Positions 39,023 through 50,882 are shown, counted from the stretch's first letter. The stretch is 64,000 bases of DNA from Eledone cirrhosa (GCA_964016885.1 OZ024763.1:2046001-2110000); one strand, 5' to 3'. Translations and numbers: made by a program. The notes: generated by a model not told the origin, from the letters alone.

Positions 39023-39305
39023 AAGAGTCGTTCGACTCCGTTCCTGACGAAAGTGTCAGCTTGCGCAGTCTCAAGAAATATGGTTGCCAACAGCGACCGC
39101 TAACATGTCCTCCACAGATGCACCAATGCTCAAATAGTAGCTTGCATCCAATTGGTTTCGGTCACCACAGCTTGCCTCGGCGCCAAAACAATATGGCGAA
39201 CAGCTCGCAAACAGACCTTTGCAGTTTATGTGGCTTTAGCATTCGGGATGATCGGGTTTCTATCAAGGGCGTGGTTTACCATAAGGCCTGCTTCAAGTGC
39301 ACTTG
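39023..39305 (+). CDS. Internal exon of a LIM-domain protein (first zinc finger and start of the second)
   Basis: Polypyrimidine tract with TTCCAG| acceptor and TG|GTAAGT donor. The open frame ESFDSVPDESVSLRS...DLCSLCGFSIRDDRVSIKGVVYHKACFKCT fits C-x2-C-x16-H-x2-C-x2-C. Phase 1 in, phase 2 out. Confidence 0.85.
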
Positions 39306-39678
39306 GTAAGTTATGCAATTTAAAATCATACATCTTTTTTCAGTGTTTTGTTGTTGTTTGATATAATATACATCAGGATCTCTCTCTTTCTATCTGTTTA
39401 TCTATTTGTTTATCCATCTATCTTTCTCTCTGAATATATATAAAATTATCTCCTCCACAACATATTAGCAAACCTTACTCAAGAACGTGTTTCACCAAAC
39501 GGATTTGAAAATCTTATCCTATGGACAAATTCAACTTCCTAGTGTTCTACCACCCTATATTATAGGTGAAAACATTCCTTGTAATTAATCTGCCAATCAA
39601 AGCAACACAAACTGACCAACAAATGGATGTTAGACTTTTTTGTACGCCATGCATATTCATTGGCAATACTACCAGAGA

Positions 39679-39763
39679 GGTCCGATGAGCTGTTGATTCC
39701 AGAGTCAGGTCAGATCGATACAGATCGAACCCCAAGCTGATCAATAGTGAAATGCGCGTCACC
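39679..39763 (+). ncRNA. Hammerhead ribozyme motif with GUC triplet and a large loop 2 (family P6)
   Basis: GGT-CCGATGA-GCTGTTGATT(40 nt)GATCAATAGT-GAAA-TGCGCG-TC-ACC, followed by AATAAA at 39768-39773. Confidence 0.7.
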
Positions 39764-39913
39764 AATTAATAAATGTAATGAAGGAGTAACCATTCGTCCA
39801 TGTTTTATATTATTATACTACACTCTGTCTAGCTTACACTTCGATACTGATGTGAACCTAAAGATGGAGTACACACCCGGGTGAACCTACAGTAACTCCG
39901 TGTTCCACTCCCT

Positions 39914-39961
<48 letters not shown>

Positions 39962-39965
<4 letters not shown>

Positions 39966-40265
39966 TCATCATCATTATCATCACTGTTTTACGTCCGTTC
40001 TTCCATGCTAGCATGGGTTAGACGGGTTGTCCTGTTGTGGGCAGTGTCTGGTCGGCTGACCATGCCTTGCTCATACAGGAACTGGTTCTGGCTTGATTTC
40101 TACAGCTGGATGCCCTTCCTAACACCAACCTCATTTACAGTGAGTGCTGGGTGTTTTTTCCGTGACACCTACACGTCCACAGTGTAGGCTGGGTGCTTTT
40201 TTGCAGTGGCACCTCCACGACCACCTTGCAGTGGGAGGGTGTGGGGGCATATTGTCTATATGCTT
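39962..40265 (-). mobile_element. Headless SINE-A-related element
   Basis: Near-identical to 14780-15068. Confidence 0.85.
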
Positions 40266-40529
40266 ATATATATATATATATAAGCGTAAAACTAATGATT
40301 TATTTCTTCATTGTACTGTGTCATTTGCTTTTTCCATATAAAGCGTGAAACTAATAAGACTTTTGTACTTCTATTTGTTGTCTCTCTCTCTATATATGTG
40401 TTTGTGTCTATGTGTGTATGGGTGTGTGTGTATATATATATGTGTGTTAGTGTATACGTGTGTGTACGTATGTGTATATATATATATATTGTGTGTATGT
40501 TTGTGTGTGTGTGTTTGTTTTTGTGTGTG

Positions 40530-40562
<33 letters not shown>

Positions 40563-40825
40563 AAGAGTGTAAATAAGCTCATTTGATTTAAAATATAGCA
40601 GTGATGGAAGGTTTTTGACAAAAGAATTAGAAGCTGTCACCATATTTTGTCTTCAGAAAATATAATAATGACAGAGCCTATAAGCTCTGTAGCTGAACAA
40701 TATAGGCAGCAGCATACATGGAGTGCCTATATTTTCCATTATGGCAGCTCATATGCCCTGATATGAGACTATTTTATGTAGTCAAAATATGGTGCCTGCT
40801 TCTAATTCTATTTTCAATATATATA

Positions 40826-41052
40826 TGGAACAAACTACCTTCATCAGTTGTTAGCTGTCGAGACACTGCATCCTTTAAGGCCTCCATGCTTCCCGAGATC
40901 CGCCAACACTACAGCTAATGTTCCCCCTCCATTCACATACACACATGTATACCATAACACTGTTCACTTCCCTGACATTTGTGTATTATTCTATGTACTA
41001 TACATACACCTTTGACGAGTTGTAGTGCACCTGAGCACTTTACACAATAATT

Positions 41053-41090
<38 letters not shown>
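40826..41090 (+). mobile_element. CR1-like 3' end, unamplified copy
   Basis: Translation WNKLPSSVVSCRDTASFKASMLPEIRQHYS*, then the 3' UTR and (ATT)n. Confidence 0.85.
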
Positions 41091-41093
<3 letters not shown>

Positions 41094-41094
41094 T

Positions 41095-41189
41095 GCCAGT
41101 CGTTACCCATGGTCATGAATCTTGGGTAATGACCGAAAGAATGCGATCGTGAATACAAGTGGCCGAAATTGGGTTCCTCCGAAGGGTCT
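41095..41189 (+). mobile_element. RTE (Rex3/Expander-like) ORF2 internal fragment
   Basis: Translation THGHESWVMTERMRS*IQVAEIGFLRRV resembles the RTE YG.E.W...AEM.FLRR motif. Confidence 0.7.
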
Positions 41190-41480
41190 TTGAGGCCACA
41201 GCTTTTCAAGAGATTCCTCAGACTAAGAAAACAATTCTTCGAAATGATCGTTGTCAGTAATATTTTCAAAAGGGAAAAATATCATGTGGTTTATTGTCAT
41301 CAAGAATGGAAATAAAAGGTGGAACATTGGCAAGTAACAGAGCTGCTAGAATCTATGAGATTTTGATATTATTTATTTTGAGAAAAACACCTTAACATAA
41401 GTATGATCAGTCGGTTATAGCCAGTTTGAAAAGAAAGAGGTGAGAGAATTGCTGACTGGATACGGCCAGTTTAACCCTTT

Positions 41481-42132
41481 AACATTTACATTATTCTATA
41501 TATACTATTGTATTTTCACAGTAAACACTTTATTTCATATAATTATCTCACATAACATTTACATTACTCTATATATACTATTGTATTTTCACAGTAAAGG
41601 CTTTACCTCACATAATATCTCACATAACATTTACATTACTCTATATATACTATTGTATTTTCACAGTAAAGGCTTTACCTCACATAATATCTCACATAAC
41701 ATTTACATTACTCTATATATACTATTGTATTTTCACAGTAAAGGTTTTATCTCACATAATATCTCACATAACATTTACATTACTCTATATATACTATTGT
41801 ATTTTCACAGTGAAGGCTTTACCTCACATAATATCTCACATAACATTTACATTACTCTATATATACTATTGTATTTTCACAGTAAAGGTTTTATCTCACA
41901 TAATATCTCACATAACATTTACATTACTCTATATATACTATTGTATTTTCACAGTGAAGGCTTTACCTCACATAATATCTCACATAACATTTACATTACT
42001 CTATATATACTATTGTATTTTCACAGTAAAAGCTTTACCTCACATAATATCTCACATAACATTTACATTACTCTATATATACTATTGTATTTTCACAGTA
42101 AACACTTTATTTCACATAATTATCTCACATAA
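41481..42132. repeat. 72-bp tandem array (~9 copies)
   Basis: CATAACATTT at 41551 and 41623. Confidence 0.92.
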
Positions 42133-42194
42133 TATTGATTCTATGAGATTTTTATATTATTTGTTTTGAAAACAATACCTTAACATAAGTATGA

Positions 42195-43882
42195 GCAGCC
42201 AGTCATAGCTGGTTTGAACAGAAAGAGGTGAGAAAATTCTGGCCCAATATGGCTGGTTACAGCCAGTTTGAAAAGAAAGAGGTGAGGCAATTCTGGCCAG
42301 ATATGGCTGGTTACAGCCAGTTTTGAACAGAAAGAGGTGAGAAAAATCTGGCCAGATACGGTTGGTTACAGCCAGTTTTGAACAGAAAGAGGTGAGAAAA
42401 ATCTGGCCAGATACGGCTGGTTATAGCCAGTTTTGAACAGAAAGAGGTGAGAAAAATCTGGCCAGATATGGCTGGTTATAGCCAGTTTTGAACAGAAAGA
42501 GGTGAGAAAAATTTGGCCAGATACGGCTGGTTACAGCCAGTTTGAACAGAAAGAGGTCAGAGAATTCTGGCCAGATACGGCTGGTTACAGCCAGTTTGAA
42601 CAGAAAGAGGTCAGAGAATTCTGGCCAGATACGGCTGGTTACAGCCAGTTTGAACAGAAAGAGGTGAGGGAATTCTGGCTGGATACGGCTGGTTACAGCC
42701 AGTTTGAACAGAAAGAGGTCAGAGAATTCTGGCCAGATACGGCTGGTTACAGCCCGTTTGAACAGAAAGAGGTCAGAGAATTCTGGCCAGATACGGCCGG
42801 TTACAGCCCGTTTGAACAGAAAGAGGTCAGAGAATTCTGGCCAGATACGGCCGGTTACAGCCCGTTTGAACAGAAAGAGGTGAGAGAATTCTGGCTGGAT
42901 ACGGCTGGTTACAGCCAGTTTGAACAGAAAGAGGTCAGAGAATTCTGGCCAGATACGGCTGGTTATAGCCAGTTTTGAATAGAAAGAGGTGAGAAAAATC
43001 TGGCCAGATACGGCTGGTTACAGCCAGTTTGAACAGAAAGAGGTCAGAGAATTCTGGCCAGATACGGCCGGTTACAGCCCGTTTGAACAGAAAGAGGTGA
43101 GAGAATTCTGGCTGGATACGGCTGGTTACAGCCAGTTTGAACAGAAAGAGGTGAGGGAATTCTGGCCAGATATGGCTGGTTATAGCCAGTTTTGAATAGA
43201 AAGAGGTGAGAAAAATCTGGCCAGATATGGCTGGTTACAGCCAGTTTGAACAGAAAGAGGTGAGAGAATTCTGGCCAGATACGGCCGGTTACAGCCAGTT
43301 TGAACAGAAAGAGGTCAGAGAATTCTGGCCAGATACGGCCGGTTACAGCCCGTTTGAACAGAAAGAGGTGAGGGAATTCTGGCCAGATACGGCTGGTTAC
43401 AGCCAGTTTGAACAGAAAGAGGTGAGAGAATTCTGGCCAGATACGGCTGGTTACAGCCGGTTTGAACAGAAAGAGGTCAGAGAATTCTGGCCAGATATGG
43501 CCGGTTACAGCCAGTTTGAAAAGAAAGAGGTGAGGGAATTCTGGCCAGATATGGCTGGTTATAGCCAGTTTTGAATAGAAAGAGGTGAGAAAAATCTGGC
43601 CAGATACGGCTGGTTACAGCCAGTTTGAACAGAAAGAGGTGAGAGAATTCTGGCTGGATACGGCTGGTTACAGCCAGTTTGAACAGAAAGAGGTGATAAA
43701 AATCTGGCCAGATACGGCTGGTTACAGCCAGTTTTGAACAGAAAGAAGTGAGAGAATTCTGGCCAGATATGGCCGGTTACAGCCCGTTTGAACAGAAAGA
43801 GGTCAGAGAATTCTGGCCAGATACGGCCGGTTACAGCCAGTTTGAACAGAAAGAGGTGAGAGAATTCTGGCTGGATACGGCT
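42195..43882. repeat. 54-55 bp tandem array (~31 copies)
   Basis: Unit TTTGAACAGAAAGAGGTCAGAGAATTCTGGCCAGATACGGCTGGTTACAGCCAG. Confidence 0.95.
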
Positions 43883-44447
43883 CTGATTTAAATGCTAAAG
43901 GGTTAAAATATGCCCTGCTCTGCTCTCGTTAATAATACTGAAGGCCAGACTGATTTAGAAGTGAAATCACTGCCCTTTTACAATATTTCTGTAAAAACTA
44001 GTTCTGAAATACTCGTCGGAGGTCAGTATTTCTGCTGTTTGTAAATACCAAACTGTGATTATTGTTAATGTCAGTCAGCAATACTTTAAGTTGTCACACT
44101 ATGTTAATTACTAGAGGAATTTTTTAAAACAATTTACTGAGAGGCTTTTTGGGGTGGCGTGGGGTTTTGAGGTTGAGTGGGCTGAGGGGTGGCAGTGGAG
44201 TGGAGGGATGGGGCAGGGTGTGTGTGCTGAGGGGTAGCATTGGGGTGGTGGTGGGGGACTGAAGGGTAGCGTTGGGGTGGGGATGGAGTGGGGGTGGTGT
44301 AGGCTGAGGGGTAGCGTTGAGGTGGGGTGGAGTGGGGGTGATGTGGGCTGAGGGGTAGCAGTCTTTTTTTCTCGTGTTTTTTAAATGTTTCTCTCTCCCT
44401 CTCTCTCTGTCTCTCACTTATTTTTGGTGTGTGGGTGGGGTGGGGGG

Positions 44448-44642
44448 GTTTACTGTTTTCAGTCATTTGACTGTGGGTATGCTGGGGCACCACCTTGAAG
44501 ATGGTATGGGGGTGTCTTTAGCTAATCATATTGAATTGACCTGAATAGTATTTTTCTTTTCAAGTCTGATACTTATTTTATCTATCCCTATTTGTCGAAG
44601 TGCTAAGTCAGGGGGCATGAACAAACTGCATAAACCCAGTCA
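44448..44642. mobile_element. Old dispersed repeat (family C), with fragments at about 26165-26200 and 58455-58500
   Basis: Shared CAGTCATTTGACTG..CATGCTGGAGCAC(C/T)GCC motif. Confidence 0.5.
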
Positions 44643-44657
44643 TGAACACAAATACAC

Positions 44658-44689
<32 letters not shown>

Positions 44690-44693
<4 letters not shown>

Positions 44694-45040
44694 GATATTA
44701 ACAAATGGAAACTATATTTATAAAACCATATTATTTCATTATACATATTTCAAGGACACCAAGTTAAATTATGGTTTGCTTTCATCAGATAAAATATAAT
44801 ATAGAGCAGTTTTATAATATTTATTTATAAAACTGCTCTATATTATATTTTATCTGATGAAAGCACACCATATTTTAACTTGGTGTCCTTGAAATATGTA
44901 TAATGAAATAAATATCGTTTTATAAATATAGTTTCATTTGTTAATATCGTATTTTTACTCCAATTATTTGTTGAGTGCTTTATATCAGTTATAAAAATAT
45001 TTGCTTGTTGTATCCCAACAATTTAAATAGAACTTTTATA
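44690..45040. mobile_element. P1 Penelope-like module as a fold-back repeat (arms about 44690-44817 and 44825-44951) plus a unique 3' tail
   Basis: Near-perfect inverted arms, with (TA)n on both sides. Confidence 0.75.
44846..44910 (+). ncRNA. Hammerhead ribozyme motif (P1), mirror copy at 44732-44796 (-)
   Basis: TATTTTAT-CTGATGA-AAGCACACCA..TGGTGTCCTT-GAAA-TATGTA-TA-ATGAAATA. Confidence 0.72.
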
Positions 45041-45201
45041 TATATATTGTTATACTTTGGGAGGGTCATGTTGCCAATAAGAAACACACGCACCAGTTGC
45101 TTTCACTTCAGTTTATTATATATTTATAAATTTACAAGTTTATAAATCTATAAATTTCTGGTTGGTTGGTTGGTTCCACAACCAGATAGTTGTTTATATA
45201 T

Positions 45202-45246
45202 AGTCATAGTCCTTTCGTCACACACTCTGTGACCTCTTCAGTGACT
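45202..45246 (-). ncRNA. Hammerhead ribozyme motif (family P4) in module 45046-45310
   Basis: Minus strand reads AGTCA-CTGAAGA-G-GTCACA(gagtg)TGTGAC-GAAA-GGAC-TA-TGACT. Confidence 0.75.
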
Positions 45247-45659
45247 GGGGATTCCTTTCTTTGTTTCTGTGCTTCTCCTTTGTTCTGTCCTATGCCATTT
45301 TGTTTCTGTGTGTCATTTTATATATAATGTTATATATATAGTGTCTCCAAAAATGTATGCACACTTCAACAGCATTCTAATAAGTATTGCCTGTACAGGT
45401 AAACAATATGTGTTTACATTTTTTGGGGACACACTCTGTGTGTATGTATATATATATTTATATATATCAATAATATTAATAAATGGAAAATATCTTTATA
45501 AAACCATATTTATTTTATTATAGATATTTCAAGGGTACTAGTATTTTTGTACACTTTCGTCAGATAAAATAGAATAATTGGTTTAAAGATAGTGACATAT
45601 CGACATACGAACTTAATGTGATGAGTTCAATGCAGATAGCCATATATATATATATATAT

Positions 45660-46065
45660 AATATGTAGTTTAGAAAGCCACAACAATGCAGATGGGAAAT
45701 CTCGAGGTAAGAAGTGAGTGAGAAATAGGAGAAAAGTGAAAATGAAAATGAAAACAAAACAAAGGTTGAAGGGTTACCGTAGAGAAGATTTAATCCCAAT
45801 ATTTCGGGCTCACGCCCATCAACGGGGGAAAAGTTCCAAAAGGGGGGGAACACAACTTTCTCCGGCTTAGCCTGTTCCCCCCCTTTTGGAACTTTTCCCC
45901 CGTTGATGGGCGTGAGCCCGAAATATTGGGATTAAATCTTCTCTACGGTAACCCTTCAACCTTTGTTTTGTTTTCATTTTCATTTTCACTTTTCTCCTAT
46001 TTCTCACTCACTTCTTACCTCGAGATTTCCCATCTGCATTGTTGTGGCTTTCTAAACTACATATT
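45660..46065. repeat. Perfect fold-back inverted repeat (193-bp arms, 20-nt spacer)
   Basis: 45660-45852 is the reverse complement of 45873-46065. Confidence 0.93.
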
Positions 46066-46229
46066 TTACACATTTCACAATGCTTCAAGCAAACTTTAAC
46101 ACCCTCTTATATATATATATATCATCATGATTTAACATCTATGTTTCCAAGCTTGCATGGATTAGACAGGTTGTCACATTATGAGATAAGTCAGGTCCAC
46201 AGACCTCATCTTGCAACATCACCACTATT

Positions 46230-47015
46230 CCCACCACTAATACCATAACTACTACTACTACTGCTACTACTACTACTGCTACTACTACTACACCAAACTG
46301 TAACCTAACCCCCACCATCACCACACCAAACAGTGTAACCTTTCCCCACCACCATCACAACCACCACATCACCCACCACCACCACTACCACCACACCACC
46401 ACCACACCACCACAACCATACTACCAGCACCACCACACCAAACTGTAACCTAAACCACCACCACACTACCACCACCACACCACTCTCCACCATCACAACC
46501 ACCACACTACCACCACACCACCACAACCATACTACCAGCACAACCACACCACCAGCACAACCACACCACCACCACCACCACCACACCACCACCACACCAC
46601 CACCACACCACCACAACCATACTACCAGCACCACCACACCAAACTGTAACCTAAACCACCACACTACCAACACCACCACACTACCACCACACCACCACAA
46701 CCATACTACCAGCACCACCACACCAAACTGTAACCTAAACCACCACCACACTACCCACCACCACACCACCACCACCACCACCACTACCACCACCACACTA
46801 CCACCACACCAAACTGTAACCTAAACCACCACCACACTACCACCACCACACCACCACTACCACCACCACCACACTACCACCACACCACCACAACCATACT
46901 ACCAGCACCACCACACCAAACTGTAACCTAAACCACCAGCACACTACCACCACCACACCACTCTCCACCATCACAACCACCATCACCACCACCATCACCA
47001 CCACCACCACACCAT
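46230..47015. repeat. (ACC/ACT)n compound repeat with recurring ACCAAACTGTAACCTAAACC
   Basis: Direct inspection. Confidence 0.9.
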
Positions 47016-47238
47016 CCAATATAACCCCCCCCCCCCACACACACACAGTCTTATGACATTTACCAGTTCTAGTTTCTCTCTAAAATCTCTCCAACTAATC
47101 AAACATTCACAACACGCTTTTCAAAAATAACGGATTTTTGTTTCTTTTGACTTTGTCATTTCCGCCATGTCTGTTAACAGAGAGACCAGCACTACAGTTG
47201 TACAGTTGTAGTGGTTTTACTGTTACACTGATAAACTA

Positions 47239-47286
<48 letters not shown>

Positions 47287-47437
47287 ATACTTTGGGAGGG
47301 TCATGTTGCCAATAAGAAACACGCGCACCAGTTGCTTTCACTTCAATTTAATTTATTATATATTTATAAATTTACAAATTTATAAATTTCTGGTTGGTTG
47401 GTTGGTTCCACAACCAGATAGTTGTTTATATATATAT

Positions 47438-47482
47438 AGTCATAGTTCTTTCGTCACAGACTCTGTGACCTCTTCAGTGACT
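47438..47482 (-). ncRNA. Hammerhead ribozyme motif (P4) in module 47281-47648
   Basis: Minus strand reads AGTCA-CTGAAGA-G-GTCACAG(agt)CTGTGAC-GAAA-GAAC-TA-TGACT. Confidence 0.75.
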
Positions 47483-47643
47483 GGGGATTTCTTTCTTCGT
47501 TTCTGTGCCTTTCCTTTCTTCTATCCTACGCCATTTTGTTTGTGCGTCGGGGTCTTACTGGTTCCTATTATCCACTCTGCTGCCCCAAGTATTGAGTACT
47601 TTCGTGCGTTATGGTCCACCTGGTTCCTTACCACATTTCCTTC

Positions 47644-47681
<38 letters not shown>

Positions 47682-47783
47682 CAATCATCATCATCATCAT
47701 TTCATTTTATGTCCGCTTTTTCCCTGCTTGCAAGGGTGGGACAATATATTACTAAATGGAAACTATATTTATAAAACCATATT

Positions 47784-47849
47784 TATTTTATTATACATAT
47801 TTCAAGGGCAATCAAGGCAAATTATGGTGCGCTTTCATCAGATAAAATA
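47784..47849 (-). ncRNA. Hammerhead ribozyme motif (P1) in module 47745-47980
   Basis: Minus strand reads TATTTTAT-CTGATGA-AAGCGCA..TGCCCTT-GAAA-TATGTA-TA-ATAAAATA. Confidence 0.65.
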
Positions 47850-47979
47850 GATTTGTTTTATAAATAAATATTGACGTACCCGGAAAAAAGACAACCTTAA
47901 CGGTTGGAGCTCTCTGTTGAGTGCTTTATATCAGTTATAAAAATGTTTAAGCTTGTTGAATCCCAACAAATTAAATATA

Positions 47980-48062
<83 letters not shown>

Positions 48063-48181
48063 CATATATATATCCTTTATTATGGCTTAGTGATGAGTCT
48101 TGTTTCTCTGGAGTTTCACGTGTACTCACAGGATCATCAAACAAGACATTATTAATAAATGAATCAAGCTATTAACATAAT

Positions 48182-48904
48182 TCTTTCTACTTTTTGGCAC
48201 AAGGCCAGCAATTACCCAGTACATTACTGGTACTTTATTTTATCGACCCCGTAAGGATGAAAGGCAAAGTTAACCTCGGCGGGATTTGAACTGAGACTGT
48301 AAAGGGACGAAACTATGCTAGAAAGCATGGCGTCCGACCCTCTACCGATACTGCCAATCTACCGCCCTAACATGGCGTCCAACCCTCTACCGATACTGCC
48401 AATCCACCGCCCTAACATGGCGTCCGACCCTCTACCGATACTGCCAATCCACCGCCCTAACATGGCGTCCGACCCTCTACCGATACTGCCAATCCACCGC
48501 CCTAGCATGGCGTCTGACCCTCTACCGATACTGCCAATCCACCGCCCTAGCATGGCGTCCGACCCTCTACCGATACTGCCAATCTACCGCCCTAACATGG
48601 CGTCCAACCCTCTACCGATACTGCCAATCCACCGCCCTAACATGGCGTCCGACCCTCTACCGATACTGCCAATCCACCGCCCTAACATGGCGTCCGACCC
48701 TCTACCGATACTGCCAATCCACCGCCCTAGCATGGCGTCTGACCCTCTACCGATACTGCCAATCCACCGCCCTAGCATGGCGTCCGACCCTCTACCGATA
48801 CTGCCAATCCACCGCCCTAGCATGGCGTCCGACCCTCTACCGATACTGCCAATCCACCGCCCTAACATGGCGTCCGACCCTCTACCGATACTGCCAATCC
48901 ACCA
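48182..48904 (-). mobile_element. SINE family B whose 45-bp 5' head is amplified about 13 times (48327-48904), TSD intact
   Basis: Unit CATGGCGTCCGACCCTCTACCGATACTGCCAATCCACCGCCCTA(A/G). TSD CAAGCTATT(A/G)ACATAAT at 48165-48181 and 48905-48921. Confidence 0.9.
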
Positions 48905-49663
48905 CAAGCTATTGACATAATATTCCCAAGTTGGTTACTCTAAGTTGTAGAGAAACTTCAGTTTTATTAGACTAGGTAAACTGTTTCCCTGTATGGTGTA
49001 AGAGACGGCTAGAAGGGTTGGTGTCAGGAAGTGCATCCGGTTTTAAAGCATTGTCTCAAAACATTCCATCCAGGCCCAGGTAGAGTGGATGTAAAGATGA
49101 TGATGATGGTATCAAGTGATTATATATATATATATGTATATATACATACATATGTGTGTGTGTATGTGTAGACATATGTATATATGTATGTACGTGATAT
49201 ATATCCGTGTGTGTGTGTGTGTTTATGTGTAGACATATGTATATATGTATGTGTGTGTGTATGTGTAAACATATGTATATATGTATGTATGTGATATATA
49301 TATCCGTGTGTGTGTGTGTGTGTGTATTTGTGTATACATATGTATATATGTATGTATGTGATATATATATCCGTGTGTGTGTGTGTTTATGTGTATACAT
49401 ATGTATATATGTATGTACGTGATATATATCTATATGTGTGTGTATATATATCGTTATATATATATATGTATCCATGTGTGTGTATGTATATATATATATA
49501 TCCGCGTGTGTGTGTATGTATATATATATATATATATATACACATACATGTGTGTGTATGCATGTGATGCTATTAAAAGTTGCATACAGAAATTGGAGAC
49601 CTGAGAGAGATTTGGGCGGGGGGGGGGGGGGAGAATTGAATGGGGGATATCCGGCAGTGGCTA

Positions 49664-50415
49664 AACAACAACAACAACAACAGCAGCAGCAGCAACAACA
49701 ACAACAGCACCAACAACAACAGCACCAACAACAGCACCAACAACAACAGCACCAACAACAGCACCAACAACAACAACACCACCAACAACAGCAATAACAA
49801 CAACAACTAAAGAGCAATGACAACAACTACAATAGAATCATTAACAATAACATTGACAATAACAACAACTACAACAACAAGGGCTAGAATAACATCGTTA
49901 ACAATAACAACAGCAGTAACAACAACAACAACAATAACAACAACAACAACAACTAAAGAGCAACGTTAAAACAACAACACCATCAACAACAACAACTAAA
50001 GAGCAATGACAACAACAACAACAGCAACAACAACTAAAGAGCAATGACAACAACAACAACAGCAACAACAACTAAAGAGCAATGGCAACAACAACAACAG
50101 CAACAACAACTAAAGAGCAATGACAACAACAGCAACACCAACTAAACAACAACTACAACAACAACTAAAGAGCAATGACAACAACAACAACAGCAACACC
50201 AACTAAAGAGCAATGACAACAACAACAACAGCAACAACAACTAAAGAGCAATGACAACAACAGCAACACCAACTAAACAACAACTACAGCAACAACAACT
50301 AAAAAGCAATGACAGCAACAACAGCGACAACACCAACTAAAGAGCAATGACAACAACAACAACAGCAACAACAACAACGACAACAATAAGAACAACAATA
50401 AGAACAACAATAAGA
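49664..50415. repeat. (CAA/CAG)n compound repeat with recurring ACTAAAGAGCAATGAC
   Basis: Direct inspection. Confidence 0.92.
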
Positions 50416-50494
50416 AATAAATGGGAAATTGCCAGTTAACAAATAACAACTGAACTATAATATCTCTCTCTCAATCTCTGTAATATATAACTGG

Positions 50495-50496
50495 TG

Positions 50497-50531
<35 letters not shown>

Positions 50532-50553
50532 TGCATGTATGTATATATATATA

Positions 50554-50601
<48 letters not shown>

Positions 50602-50851
50602 ATATATATAGCTCTCACCCTTGCAAGCAGGGAAAAAGCGGATGTAAAATGAAATGAAATGAAATATATATGTATGTATATATATACATATATATGTATA
50701 TATATAACTGCATGTATATATATATATATATATGTATGTATATATATATATATGTATGTATATATATATATATATATGTATGTATATATATATGTATGTA
50801 TATATATATATACATATGTATGTATATATATATATATACATATATATGTAT

Positions 50852-50882
<31 letters not shown>

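Larger units (their letters stand above)
41471..43906 (-). mobile_element. piggyBac-like MITE M2 expanded from about 0.3 kb to 2.4 kb by two internal arrays
   Basis: TTAA-CCCTTT at 41471 and GCTAAAGGG-TTAA ending at 43906. It is preceded by another M2 fragment at 41345-41474. Confidence 0.8.

Noticed and set aside
39450-39600. Possible GIY-YIG C-terminal remnant upstream of the 39679 hammerhead
   Set aside because: Only scattered residues (QHI, LKIL) in different frames, which is not enough to call without a profile search.
42502-43574. Repeat-protein-like ORFs (FEQKEVREFWPDTAGYSQ)n
   Set aside because: The 54-bp unit is a MITE segment, and frequent 55-bp units break the frame.
47190-47245. 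Possible second-half LIM exon (CAG|TTGTAGTGG..., C-S-G-F-T-V-T-L)
   Set aside because: There is no adjacent polypyrimidine tract, the remaining zinc ligands are absent, and the frame runs into (TA)n without a donor.
48315-48920. (MASDPLPILPIHRPN)n ORF and TTAGGG hexamers at unit junctions
   Set aside because: The ORF is the antisense of an amplified SINE head. Single CCCTAA hexamers at junctions are not a telomeric array.
49664-49810. Poly-Q coding tract
   Set aside because: It is part of a longer CAA/CAG compound repeat with stops in the recurring ACTAAAG/AATGAC unit and no exon boundaries.
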